From an uncultured Candidatus Saccharibacteria bacterium (GTDB lineage Bacteria; Patescibacteriota; Minisyncoccia; Phycocordibacterales; UBA9973), in NCBI GenBank assembly GCA_964484005.1, contig CAZADR010000002.1:10318-74317 (forward strand): a stretch of 64,000 nt of DNA. Direction: 5' to 3'. Below are positions 55,215-64,000 of the stretch, piece after piece. The notes beneath the pieces were generated by a model. It ran no database searches. It saw nothing but the letters and a program-made list of their open reading frames with translations, and was not told where the DNA came from. The position numbers and the translations under genes were made by a program. Every line of letters starts with the position of its first letter. The first letter of the stretch is position 1.

Positions 55215-56942
55215 ATGGAACAAGAAATAAAAAAATTAATAAATGACGCATTAAAGAATCTAAGCATAGAAGTCAGCACTATTTCTCTGGAGCATCCAGA
55301 GGATTTAAAGAATGGTGATTACTCTACAAACATTGCTTTAGCTATCGCCAAAAGTATCGAAAGAAATCCAATAGAGCTAGCCGAAAAAATAATAGAGCAA
55401 ATCTTAAGATTGAATGTGGATAAAAATATTGAGAGGGTAGAGTTGGCGGGCCCAGGATTTATAAACTTTTATCTTTCTCGACAATTTTTTAGTAAAAGCA
55501 TAGAAGAAATTTTAAGTCAGGCAAACAACGTCGGCAAGAATGACACATACGCTGATAAAAAGATAATGGTTGAATATACGGATCCAAATCCCTTTAAGCC
55601 TTTTCATATTGGGCACCTGATGACCAATGCTATCGGTGAGTCCATCGCTAGGATATTAGAACATTCTGGGGCGGTGGTCTCTCGAGCAAATTATCAAGGA
55701 GATGTGGGGCTACATGTGGCCAAAGCTATCTGGGGTCTTTTAAATAATGAGAAATTACAAAGTAAATCTGGTTCGCACAATCTACAGGCGACAAATATAG
55801 GGCTAGCATATTCTCATGGCGCAGGTATGTATGAGGTAGATGAAAATATAAAAAAAGAAATAGATGAAATAAATAAAAAAGTATATGCTAGAAATGATGA
55901 CAAAAAAGACAACAAGATAAATGAAATATATGAGTGGGGGTTCAAGGTGACCATGGAAGCTTTTGAAGATTTGTATAAAATGCTTGGTACAAAGTTTGAT
56001 TATTATTTCTTGGAGAGTGTTATGGCAGAGGCTGGGAGGGAAATAGTGGAAGCCAACATAGAAAAGGTATTTGAAAAGTCTGATGGCGCAGTGGTTTTTA
56101 AGGCTGAAAAATATGATCCAAAGCTTCATACGAGAGTTTTTATTACTTCACAAGGACTACCTACCTATGAGACCAAAGAGCTCGGCCTAGCCGAGGAGAA
56201 GTTTAAGACAGAACCAAACATGGATTTGTCTATTACTATTACAGCCAATGAGCAAGCAGACTACATGAGAGTGGTAGCTAAAGCTCTTTCTTTGATTCAT
56301 CCAGAATATGAAAATAAAATGAGGCACATTACTCACGGCATGATGCGTTTTGCTGAAGGTAAGATGAGCTCCAGAAAAGGAAATGTTATTACTGGTGAGT
56401 CATTGTTAAACGATGTTCGGGATTCTATTTTAGAAAAGATGACTGACCGAGATTTCTCAAATGTTGAGAGAGAAAAGATAGCCTCTGATGTAGGAGTAGC
56501 AGCGATAAAATATTCTATTTTAAAACAATCTATCGGTGGAGATATAATGTTTGATTTTGAAAAATCGATTTCTTTTGATGGTGATTCTGGTCCCTACCTT
56601 CAATATTCTTATGCTCGAGCAAATTCCATTTTAGATAAATCTCAAAAAGAAAACATTTTGCCAGATTTTGAGATTTTACCCGAAGAAACTTTTGAAGTAG
56701 AAAAATTACTGTATAAGTTCGGAGAGGTTGTAGAGAGGGCGTCTTCAAAATACGAGATACATCACATTGCAAATTATTTGATAGAAGTAGCCCGTGCCTA
56801 CAATAGCTTTTACGGAAATATGGTGATTGTAAACAAAGAAGATAAAACTTCAGCCTATAAAGTAGCCCTAACTTATGCTTTTTCTTTTGTGATGAAAACG
56901 GGCTTACACCTTTTGGGTATTGAGGCTCCAGCAAAGATGTAG
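55215..56942 (+). CDS. argS: Arginine--tRNA ligase
   Basis: N-terminal Arg_tRNA_synt_N, HIGH-type PFHIGHLMTNAIG, C-terminal DALR anticodon domain ending in Met. Confidence 0.85.
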   Translation: MEQEIKKLINDALKNLSIEVSTISLEHPEDLKNGDYSTNIALAIAKSIERNPIELAEKIIEQILRLNVDKNIERVELAGPGFINFYLSRQFFSKSIEEILSQANNVGKNDTYADKKIMVEYTDPNPFKPFHIGHLMTNAIGESIARILEHSGAVVSRANYQGDVGLHVAKAIWGLLNNEKLQSKSGSHNLQATNIGLAYSHGAGMYEVDENIKKEIDEINKKVYARNDDKKDNKINEIYEWGFKVTMEAFEDLYKMLGTKFDYYFLESVMAEAGREIVEANIEKVFEKSDGAVVFKAEKYDPKLHTRVFITSQGLPTYETKELGLAEEKFKTEPNMDLSITITANEQADYMRVVAKALSLIHPEYENKMRHITHGMMRFAEGKMSSRKGNVITGESLLNDVRDSILEKMTDRDFSNVEREKIASDVGVAAIKYSILKQSIGGDIMFDFEKSISFDGDSGPYLQYSYARANSILDKSQKENILPDFEILPEETFEVEKLLYKFGEVVERASSKYEIHHIANYLIEVARAYNSFYGNMVIVNKEDKTSAYKVALTYAFSFVMKTGLHLLGIEAPAKM

Positions 56943-56989
56943 AAAGTTTTACACCTTGCCCTGTTTACTTTTATTTAATAGCTGTCTAC

Positions 56990-57266
56990 TATTGTAAGTA
57001 GAAGAGTGTTCCCAACCCTAACCTGCAAGGAAAGGAAGGACTAAACAATGATGCAGATGAGGTACAGCCCACTTTCTCGTCGTATCAGGTTGTTTTGGTT
57101 GAGGAGGAACAAAGTTCACCTGATGTTGCGTCAAAATTCTGTATCCATCTGCGTCAGACGAGCTGCGGTTTATTTCATGCCTCAGCGCGGCTAGATATCT
57201 CCACAGGTTTGCAGGCACACCTCAAAGTGCCTGCTTTTTATTCCAACAGTATGTTATATTTTATAT
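56990..57266 (+). promoter_or_regulatory. GC-rich structured leader with intrinsic terminator (57211-57242) immediately upstream of ileS - candidate attenuator/riboswitch
   Basis: About 270 nt with GC well above background and multiple local palindromes; terminator GCAGGCAC-ACCTCAAA-GTGCCTGC + TTTTTATT ends 25 nt before the ileS ATG. Confidence 0.4.
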
Positions 57267-60200
57267 ATGGAAGAAAAGGATAATAACAAATCAGAAGCAG
57301 CTCTCCGAGAAGAGCGTATTTTAGACTTTTGGCGCGAAAATAAAACTTTTGAGAAGACCTTAACGAAAGAGGCACCTGGTGGGCATTATGTTTTTTATGA
57401 TGGTCCGCCTTTTGCTACAGGACAAATTCACTATGGGCATATTTTAGGTAGTACGGTAAAAGATGTAATAGGAAGATATAAAACCATGCAAGGTTTTTAT
57501 GTACCTCGAAAATGGGGTTGGGATTGTCATGGCTTACCAATTGAAAATATTGTTGAAAAAGAATTAGGTATTGCTGGGCATGTAGAGATTGAAAAATACG
57601 GTATTGATAAATTTGTGGAATATGCACGCAGTAAGGTTCTGCAATATGACAAGGACTGGGAGAAGGGAATTGAGCGTATCGGACGCTGGGTGGATTTTCG
57701 TGGCCAGTATAAAACGATGGACAACACTTTTATCGAGTCTGTTTGGTGGGCATTGTCGGAGTTAAACAAAAAGAAACTTATCTATGAGGGGGTGAGAGTT
57801 CTCGCTTATTGTGCTCGTTGTGAGACACCGATTGCTAATTCTGAAATCGCGATGGACAACAGTTACAAAGATATTTCTGATATTTCTGTTTATGTAAAAT
57901 TTGAGTTAGAAGGAGAACCTGGTACTTATTTGCTTGCTTGGACGACGACCCCTTGGACATTACCAGGCAATACAGCCATCGCCATCAATCAAGATATTGT
58001 TTATATAAAAGTAAAAGTAGCAGAAGATGTTTTAATTCTTGCCAAAGAAACGGTGCAAAATGTTTTGAAAGATAAAGAGTATTTGGTGTTGGGCGAAATA
58101 AAAGGAGCAGACTTAATTGGCAAAACATATAAACCGGTTTTCCCATATTATAAAAATTCTGAATCTGCCAAGAATGAAAATATTTGGAAAGTTTGGCACG
58201 CAGACTTTGTCACCCTAGAAAAGGGAACAGGTATTGCTCACGAAGCTCCTGCTTTTGGTGAAGATGATATGAACTTGGCAAAACAAAATAATATTCCTTG
58301 GATAATCCATGTAGACGAAACAGGAAAATTTAAGTCTGAGATTGTGGATTTTGCTGGCATGCAGGTAAAACCAAAAGGTATTGAAAAAGATGACCACCAG
58401 AAAGCAGACATAGAAGTTATAAAATATCTGGCAAAAAATAATTTACTTTTTGCTAAAGAAAAGATAATTCACTCATATCCACACTGTATGCGCTGTGATA
58501 CGCCGATTATATATTATGCATTACCTTCTTATTTTATAAATATTCAGGAAGTAAAAAAAGATATAATCAAAAAATCACATAGTATAAATTGGATACCTTC
58601 ACACTTAAAAGAGGGACGGTTTAAAAATATAGTAGAGAATGCACCGGATTGGAACATATCTAGGAATCGTTATTGGGCGAGCCCTCTTCCAATTTGGAAA
58701 TGTGAAAATTGTAAAGAAAAAACTTTTGTTAATTCTTTAGAAGATTTAAAGTCAAAAGTAAAAAATTCTGGCAATCAGTATTTTGTTGCTCGTCATGGAC
58801 AAGCTGACAGTAATGCGGGAATGTATATTGATTCAAAATCAAAACAATCAAACAAATTAACCGAAAAAGGGAAAGAAGAGGTAAGAGAAAGTGTGCAAAA
58901 AATAAAAGGTACAAATTTTGATTATGTTTTCTGTTCACCAATGCTTCGCACCAAAGAAACTGCAAAAATAATAGCTGAAAATTTAAAGATGGATATAGGT
59001 CAAATTGTTTTTGATGAACGCCTGGTTGAATTTCAGGTGGGAGACTTAGATGGAAAAAGTATAGAAGAATACTTTAAATATATCGAAACTATTCCAGATT
59101 ATTTTTCAACTCCACTCCCTGGAGGGGAGAGTAGGCTTGCTGTACACAAGCGTATGGGAGATTTTATTTATGAGTTGGAAAAGAAATATTCTGATAAAAA
59201 AATATTAATAATCTCTCACGGAGATCCGATATTAGCACTCTTTTTGTTGAGCGAAGGGTATACAAAAGAAAAAATAAAAGAACAGGAAAAAAACTTCCCA
59301 TATTTTAAAACAGGAGAAATAAGAGAGCTTTCTTTTGTGCCTCTTCCACACAATAAAGACTATGAGTTGGATTTACATCGTCCATATATTGATGACATAC
59401 CACTTGTGTGCGAGTGTGGCAGTCACTTGGTGCGTATACCTGAAGTATTAGATTGCTGGTTTGAATCTGGCTCCATGCCTTTTGCTCAAGATCATTTTCC
59501 TTTTGAAAATAAGGAGTGGCAAAAGAATAATTTTCCTGCAGGTTTTGTGGCTGAATATATCGCTCAGACTAGAACTTGGTTTTATTATACCCATGTTGTA
59601 TCTACAATTCTTTTCGATTACACCCCATTCAAAAATATAGTAACCACTGGTACCTTGAGAGCGGAAGATGGAGAAAAAATGTCTAAATCCAAACAGAATT
59701 ATCCTGATCCTTGGAAATTTATAGATAAATATGGGGCAGACGCCTTGCGCCTTTACTTGATGTCTTCTACTTTAATGAAAGGGGAAGATTCAAATTTTTC
59801 AGAGAAAGCTGTGCAGGATATCGCTAGTAAGATTATTGGGCGTTTGTTTAATGTGTTTGCCTTTTATGAATTATACAGAGATAAAGAAATAGAGACAGAT
59901 GAAGTGCCAAAAAGTGAAAATATTCTCGACAAATGGATTTTATTGCGTTTTTATAAAACTCTTGAAGAAACTTCTAAAGGTATGGAGTTATACGATATGG
60001 TAGAAGCTACCCGTCCAATCGATGCATTGGTCAACGATCTTTCCACTTGGTATCTTCGCCGTTCTCGTGAACGAATCAAAGATGGAGACGCAGAGGCAAA
60101 ACAAACTTTGTATTTTATTTTAAAAACCTTAGCAAAAATGCTTGCTCCATTTGCACCATTTTCCGCGGAAGATATATGGCTAAAATTAAAAAATGAAAAT

Positions 60201-60773
60201 GATGAAGAAAGTGTGCACCTGACTAGTTGGCCAGAAGTTCATAAATCTTTCTTGGACACTATTTTGGGAAGGACAGTCCTTCACGGAGATAAAGAAATAA
60301 TAGAAAATATGGAAAAAGTTCGAAATATTGTAACTTTGGGCCTCGAATCAAGACAAAAAGCTGGGATAAAAGTTCGCCAGCCACTCGCCAAGTTGGAAGT
60401 AAAAAATCTTGAGCTTGGAGATGAGCTTGTGGAGCTCATAAAAGATGAAATAAATGTAAAAGAAATTCTTGAAAATAAAAACATTGAAGGAGAAGTTTTG
60501 CTTGATGTAAAAATTGATGATGAATTAAAGATAGAGGGGGATTATCGAGAGCTCGCTAGGGCATTGCAGGATATGAGAAAGAAAATCGGCCTTACTCCGA
60601 GTGATGTTATTTCAATTACTTTTGAAACAAGTGAAATAGGTAAGAATTTAATTCAAAAATTTGAAGTTGATATGAAAAAAACCGTACTAGCTTCCAAAAT
60701 AGAATTTGCAGGCAATGATGGCGAAGAAATAAAAATAGACAGTTTTATCTTCAAGGTAAAAATTCTAAAATAA
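57267..60773 (+). CDS. ileS: Isoleucine--tRNA ligase with inserted histidine-phosphatase-like domain
   Basis: HYGHIL (HIGH), KMSKS, editing and anticodon domains. About 200 extra aa between the CENC and CECG zinc-knuckle halves carry VARHGQADSN, CSPMLRTKETA and ISHGDPI (histidine phosphatase branch-1 signatures). Total 1168 aa. Confidence 0.85.
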   Translation: MEEKDNNKSEAALREERILDFWRENKTFEKTLTKEAPGGHYVFYDGPPFATGQIHYGHILGSTVKDVIGRYKTMQGFYVPRKWGWDCHGLPIENIVEKELGIAGHVEIEKYGIDKFVEYARSKVLQYDKDWEKGIERIGRWVDFRGQYKTMDNTFIESVWWALSELNKKKLIYEGVRVLAYCARCETPIANSEIAMDNSYKDISDISVYVKFELEGEPGTYLLAWTTTPWTLPGNTAIAINQDIVYIKVKVAEDVLILAKETVQNVLKDKEYLVLGEIKGADLIGKTYKPVFPYYKNSESAKNENIWKVWHADFVTLEKGTGIAHEAPAFGEDDMNLAKQNNIPWIIHVDETGKFKSEIVDFAGMQVKPKGIEKDDHQKADIEVIKYLAKNNLLFAKEKIIHSYPHCMRCDTPIIYYALPSYFINIQEVKKDIIKKSHSINWIPSHLKEGRFKNIVENAPDWNISRNRYWASPLPIWKCENCKEKTFVNSLEDLKSKVKNSGNQYFVARHGQADSNAGMYIDSKSKQSNKLTEKGKEEVRESVQKIKGTNFDYVFCSPMLRTKETAKIIAENLKMDIGQIVFDERLVEFQVGDLDGKSIEEYFKYIETIPDYFSTPLPGGESRLAVHKRMGDFIYELEKKYSDKKILIISHGDPILALFLLSEGYTKEKIKEQEKNFPYFKTGEIRELSFVPLPHNKDYELDLHRPYIDDIPLVCECGSHLVRIPEVLDCWFESGSMPFAQDHFPFENKEWQKNNFPAGFVAEYIAQTRTWFYYTHVVSTILFDYTPFKNIVTTGTLRAEDGEKMSKSKQNYPDPWKFIDKYGADALRLYLMSSTLMKGEDSNFSEKAVQDIASKIIGRLFNVFAFYELYRDKEIETDEVPKSENILDKWILLRFYKTLEETSKGMELYDMVEATRPIDALVNDLSTWYLRRSRERIKDGDAEAKQTLYFILKTLAKMLAPFAPFSAEDIWLKLKNENDEESVHLTSWPEVHKSFLDTILGRTVLHGDKEIIENMEKVRNIVTLGLESRQKAGIKVRQPLAKLEVKNLELGDELVELIKDEINVKEILENKNIEGEVLLDVKIDDELKIEGDYRELARALQDMRKKIGLTPSDVISITFETSEIGKNLIQKFEVDMKKTVLASKIEFAGNDGEEIKIDSFIFKVKILK

Positions 60774-60851
60774 AATCGTTTTTACCCTTGCTTTTTTATA
60801 AAAAAGTGCGAAGATAAAAATGGAGTCAAAAATTGAATGGGAGGGGTTCTA

Positions 60852-61067
60852 ATGTTTGTTTGCGAAAAATGCAGTTGTGGTCTGGAAGATCGCGAGAAGT
60901 GCGCTAGCCTGATTCTTTTTGAAGCAGGTTATCGTTCCGACGCATACCCAGTGATACTGTCGGGAAAGGTAGCACGACAGCGACGTTTCGAGGAAAACAT
61001 CCTCCTGCTTCGCGATCTGCCTTCGCATGATCTGGTGATCATACCAGAAGCCACACCTGAAATCTAA
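60852..61067 (+). CDS. Small Cys-containing hypothetical protein, GC-rich
   Basis: GGGAGG SD 7 nt before the ATG at 60852; 71 aa beginning MFVCEKCSCG; GC content far above the surroundings. Confidence 0.35.
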   Translation: MFVCEKCSCGLEDREKCASLILFEAGYRSDAYPVILSGKVARQRRFEENILLLRDLPSHDLVIIPEATPEI

Positions 61068-61159
61068 GTCCGACACCCCCTGTCGGCAAACACCCGCTTG
61101 TAAGTTGCATTCTTTGCACCTACCGGCGGGTTTTCTTTTTATTATGATAAAATATAAGT

Positions 61160-61720
61160 ATGAAGAAAGTTTTTATAATTCATGGTTTTAATGGGGCTCC
61201 AAATGGAGCTTGGCGGCCTTGGCTATTGGGGGAACTATCAAAGAAAGATGTCTATGCTTGTGCTTTACTTATGCCTACTCCAGATAAACCTGAAAAAGAT
61301 GAGTGGGTAAAAACTATTAGTGATGCTGTCGGATTTCCAAGTGAAGAAACATTTTTAGTTGGTCACTCTCTCGGAGTACCAGCTGTCTTGCGTTATTTAG
61401 AGACCTTAAATAAAAACCAAAAGATTGGCGGAGCAGTCTTAGTTTCTGGGCCAATTTTTGAAATTAAAAAAGATGGGTACGAAAAAGTTAATACATTTTT
61501 AACCCCACCGTTTAATTTTGAGCATCTAAAAACTGTTTGCAAAAATTTTGCTGTTATTCACGGAGACGATGACAGGTCGGTTCCTTTTTCTGATGGAGAA
61601 TTTCTTTCAAAAAATCTTTCCTGTGAATTAATTCCTGTTCCAAAGGGAGGACATTTAAATGATAGTGCTGGCTGGAGGGAATTGCCGCAGCTTTTGGAAG
61701 TTTTAGAAAAAATGTTTTAA
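61160..61720 (+). CDS. Alpha/beta serine hydrolase (YdeN/RBBP9-like)
   Basis: FIIHGFNG and lipase box VGHSLG; 186 aa. Confidence 0.6.
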   Translation: MKKVFIIHGFNGAPNGAWRPWLLGELSKKDVYACALLMPTPDKPEKDEWVKTISDAVGFPSEETFLVGHSLGVPAVLRYLETLNKNQKIGGAVLVSGPIFEIKKDGYEKVNTFLTPPFNFEHLKTVCKNFAVIHGDDDRSVPFSDGEFLSKNLSCELIPVPKGGHLNDSAGWRELPQLLEVLEKMF

Positions 61721-61743
61721 TTTTAAATGAATCACATCTCTTC

Positions 61744-62244
61744 GTGGCCACGAAAATGTGTTATAATAGATTTATGAAACCAACAACTCTGGATTTCGTA
61801 ATAGCATTTTTGCTTTCTGCTCGTTCAACAAAAATATATAGAAAAATATTATGGTCAAGATTGCAAGACACACAAAAAGGTTTAAGTGTTAATGCCTTTA
61901 ATCAACATATTTACCGTTTACATAAAAGGGGGATTATAACAACAAAAGGGAATGTTGTTTATATTTGTCGAGAGAACCTTTTAAAATTCTCAATTAAAAA
62001 TAACTCAATAATAAAAAATATTTTTTCAAATAAAACAGAAAAAATATTAATATCTTTTGATATACCCGAAACAAAGAAAAAGATTAGGGATTGGCTCAGA
62101 AATCAAATAAAGTATTGGGATTTTGAAATGATTCATCAAAGCCTATGGCTTGGATACGGACCCTTTCCAAAAGAATTCAATGAGAGATTAAAGCAGCTTG
62201 GTGTGGATAAGAATATTAGAATTTTTAAAATTAAAAAAGTATAG
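61744..62244 (+). CDS. Hypothetical protein, possibly PaaX-like (winged helix plus Cas2/VapD-like C-terminal fold)
   Basis: Weak pattern match only (ISFDIPETKKKIRDWL..QSLWLG resembles the Cas2-like beta-alpha-beta core). Confidence 0.3.
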   Translation: MATKMCYNRFMKPTTLDFVIAFLLSARSTKIYRKILWSRLQDTQKGLSVNAFNQHIYRLHKRGIITTKGNVVYICRENLLKFSIKNNSIIKNIFSNKTEKILISFDIPETKKKIRDWLRNQIKYWDFEMIHQSLWLGYGPFPKEFNERLKQLGVDKNIRIFKIKKV

Positions 62245-62316
62245 ATAACAATCCATCGTGACCGCGAAAGAGTGTTATACTTAATAAGTAATAAAAAGGT
62301 GTGTTAAAATAAAGTT

Positions 62317-62958
62317 ATGAAAATAAAGAAGTTGGGACATTGTTGTCTAGTAATAGAAACAAAAGGCAAAAGGATTATGACAGATCCAGGCTCTTATACT
62401 GTTAATGAACAAGTAAAAGAAAAAAATATTGATTTAGTTTTAATCACACATGAACACCAGGATCATCTCCACGTTGAATCTTTGAAAGAAATTATAAAAA
62501 ATAATTTAAATGTTGTTGTAATTACAAATAATGGAGTAGGAAAATTACTAACTGAGGTAAATATTAAATACGAAATTTTAGAAAATAGTTTAAAAGAATT
62601 TTTAGGCGTAGAGATTGAAGCTTGTATTTGTAAGCATGAGGAAATTTATCAAGCTTTTAAGAATGTGCAGAATACTGGATATTTTATAGATAAAAGATTA
62701 TTTTATCCTGGAGATTCGTTTCAAAAGCCACTTAAGCCAGTTGAAATTTTAGCTCTGCCAGTCGCTGGTCCATGGGTTAGCATAAAAGATGCAATAAAAT
62801 ATGCAATTGATATTAAGCCCAAGGTATGTTTTCCCGTACATGATGGAATGATTCAAAAAGATAAAATGGGTCCTATCCATGGAGTATCAACTTTAATTTT
62901 ATCCGAAAACGGTATTAACTTTAGAATTTTAGAAGAAAACAAGGAAGAAGAATTTTAA
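62317..62958 (+). CDS. Metallo-beta-lactamase fold hydrolase
   Basis: LVLITHEHQDHL (HxHxDH) motif; 213 aa. Confidence 0.65.
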   Translation: MKIKKLGHCCLVIETKGKRIMTDPGSYTVNEQVKEKNIDLVLITHEHQDHLHVESLKEIIKNNLNVVVITNNGVGKLLTEVNIKYEILENSLKEFLGVEIEACICKHEEIYQAFKNVQNTGYFIDKRLFYPGDSFQKPLKPVEILALPVAGPWVSIKDAIKYAIDIKPKVCFPVHDGMIQKDKMGPIHGVSTLILSENGINFRILEENKEEEF

Positions 62959-63540
62959 ATGCATCACATTTACCACACAGAGGGGATAATATTGGGGAGT
63001 AAGAATTACGGTGAAACTGGAAAATATTATTCTATTTTTACTCGTGACTTGGGTATGGTTTACGCTTCGGCACAAGGTGTGCGCAAAATGTCTTCCAAAC
63101 TTCGTTTTGTTTTACAAGATTTTTCTTATATAAAAGTGGATCTTGTTCAAGGCAAAGATTTTTGGCGTATCACTAGCGCTTCCAAGACAAACTCTCTAGA
63201 ACAACTTTCTAAAAATTCAGGAACTTTTAAAGTTTTATCAAATGTAGCAAATTTGTTAAAAAGACTTTTGGCAGGGATAGAGCCCAACGAAGCTCTGTTT
63301 AGTGATTTATTAAACGGATTATTTATTTTAGAAAAAACAAAAGAAGGAGAAGACTTAGCAAACATAGAGGCGATTATTGTTTTGCGCATATTAAACAATT
63401 TGGGATATATCGGAGGTGACGAAAATATGCAAAACTTGGTCAAGTCTCCATTTGAAGATAATCTAATTTTTGAAGTTTCTAAATCAAGAAGAGAGGTTTT
63501 ACACCAAATAAATAAAGCCCTCAAGGAGACTCATTTGTAG
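62959..63540 (+). CDS. recO: DNA repair protein RecO (short form)
   Basis: HTEGIILGSKNYGETGKYYSIFTRDLGMVYASAQGVRK matches the RecO N-terminal OB-fold pattern; 193 aa. Confidence 0.55.
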   Translation: MHHIYHTEGIILGSKNYGETGKYYSIFTRDLGMVYASAQGVRKMSSKLRFVLQDFSYIKVDLVQGKDFWRITSASKTNSLEQLSKNSGTFKVLSNVANLLKRLLAGIEPNEALFSDLLNGLFILEKTKEGEDLANIEAIIVLRILNNLGYIGGDENMQNLVKSPFEDNLIFEVSKSRREVLHQINKALKETHL

Positions 63541-63600
63541 ATAAAATTAAAAGAAGCTACTTCTTTTAATTTTATTTTGATAAATGCTATAATTTCCAGA

Positions 63601-64000
63601 TGGCGCCAGATGATAGAAATAAGCTAAACAGACTCGAGGAATTGAAGGATAAACTTTTTAGAAAGAATTTTCAGACAACGATAGATCATCGGGATACTTT
63701 TTCTCGTGTTCACAGAAAAGAAGTCGTAGATTCTTGGGGTACAGAAGAAAAAGGAGAGGGAAACAATGCAGAGAAATTTTTTATGAAAACTTCAAGATTT
63801 AAAAAATTCTTTTTCTTTTCACTGGGTTTTTTCCTTTTAACTGCGATGTATGCAAGTTATGTTTTTTTTGCTGGTGGAAACACTGTTTCAAATGAAAATA
63901 TAGATATATCAATCTTAGGAAACAACTTTACTGCAGGAGGAGAAGAACTTCCGATTATTATTGGGATTACAAATAGAAACAATGCTTCTTTGGATTTGGT
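63601..64000 (+). CDS. Hypothetical membrane protein, 3-prime partial (runs off window end)
   Basis: Open frame from the ATG at 63601 (or 63784) to the window end; TM helix FFFFSLGFFLLTAMYASYVFF. Confidence 0.3.

Noticed and set aside
56990-57266. Calling the ileS leader a bona fide T-box riboswitch
   Set aside because: I could not find the conserved T-box sequence (AAUUAGGGUGGNACCGCG-like) or a clear antiterminator by eye. It is kept only as a candidate attenuator in the findings.
1-64000. tRNA, rRNA, RNase P, tmRNA, SRP RNA genes
   Set aside because: No segment showed the recognisable conserved cores (for example GGTTCGAATCC T-loop, RNase P GGAAAGTCCGG, tmRNA tag frame) on inspection of intergenic regions. 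None is reported, although short tRNAs could have been missed without a scanning tool.

Overview
This is an AT-rich (~35% GC), gene-dense stretch of about 64 kb that looks bacterial. Standard genetic code applies, because TGA is used as a stop, for example at 8471-8473 and 10381-10383. Gene content suggests a reduced-genome monoderm, possibly CPR/Patescibacteria-like, but this is inference. It is dominated by housekeeping genes (metK, ahcY, comM-like, lexA, hup, rny, clpP, tig, an H+-pyrophosphatase, nusA, tpiA, pgk, recJ, rnhA, glyA, tmk, argS, ileS, recO), a type IV pilus gene set (pilB, pilC, three prepilin-like genes) and a ComEC DNA-uptake channel. No rRNA, tRNA or CRISPR array was recognised. 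The housekeeping genes sit among accessory-looking material.

- **Duplicated secreted-protein cassettes.** Two homologous cassettes each have a shared leader, a GC-rich secreted protein, a terminator and a large Cys/Thr-rich surface protein. Their last ~1.39 kb are identical (5988-7378 and 36730-38120), while the small proteins and the N-terminal halves of the large proteins have diverged.
- **Candidate RiPP operon.** The same ~110-bp promoter and 5-prime leader also drives a third operon at 32375-34380. This operon encodes a radical-SAM/SPASM enzyme, an overlapping 50-aa six-cysteine Asp-rich peptide and a HExxH protein. I consider this candidate ranthipeptide-like (SCIFF-like) RiPP locus, co-regulated with the surface-protein cassettes, the most likely novel system in the window.
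- **Other notable items.** Three small GIY-YIG nuclease ORFs are each bracketed by inverted repeats and look like miniature mobile elements. There is a family of short palindromic intergenic elements. IleS carries an inserted histidine-phosphatase-like domain. ComEC is split into two genes with a sod gene between them, and its C-terminal part has an in-frame TGA. There is an island of Nudix hydrolases, kinases, an ATP-grasp enzyme and a phosphatase. Candidate toxin-antitoxin pairs (zeta-like, HicAB) are present, as is a Cheo-type LexA box in the lexA promoter. Several small GC-rich ORF islands each have their own promoter and terminator.
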